From the NCBI GenBank assembly GCA_051362555.1, contig CM120649.1, positions 19,296,567 to 19,360,566 on the forward strand: 64,000 nt of DNA. Reading direction: 5' to 3'. Positions within the stretch are counted from its first letter, which is position 1. Each line of letters begins with the position of its first letter. This document shows positions 63,942-64,000 of the stretch, one piece after another. The stretch is from Lingula anatina. Lineage: Eukaryota; Animalia; Brachiopoda. The notes beneath the pieces were generated by a model. It did no database searches. It had not been told where the DNA came from and worked only from the letters and a program-made list of their open reading frames with translations. The position numbers were made by a program, and so were the translations under genes.

Positions 63942-64000
63942 CTGAAATGGTACAAAAGATATTTCTGATTCTGATTCAGAAAAGTTAGAACCCTCACCAG

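Overview
Intron-rich, AT-rich animal (invertebrate, probably marine lophotrochozoan; inferred) genomic DNA, not prokaryotic. From left to right: (1) a young tandem array of two-exon Golgi carbohydrate sulfotransferase (CHST/GlcNAc6ST-like) genes (4 intact copies, 2 truncated fragments, 1 old decayed relic) carrying a LINE insertion, MITEs and a MITE excision footprint; (2) a small secreted acidic two-EF-hand protein gene (-) whose introns are homologous to the array spacer; (3) an ankyrin-repeat + death-domain gene (+); (4) two adjacent multi-exon minus-strand genes, almost invisible in the ORF track, that together encode three copies of an unrecognised ~180-aa helical-looking module with a conserved exon-size/phase pattern, a signal peptide (gene 1), furin-like sites (gene 2), poly-Asp and (GAS)n tracts; two intron-containing tRNA-Tyr genes lie antisense within or next to the second gene; (5) a 10-exon S28 serine peptidase (PRSS16-like); (6) a single-coding-exon MSL2; (7) the 3' part of an intron-containing hybrid-cluster protein (Hcp/prismane) gene, an Fe-S enzyme typical of anaerobic prokaryotes and some protists/algae. 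All gene models were built by eye from GT-AG sites and frame continuity, with no database search.
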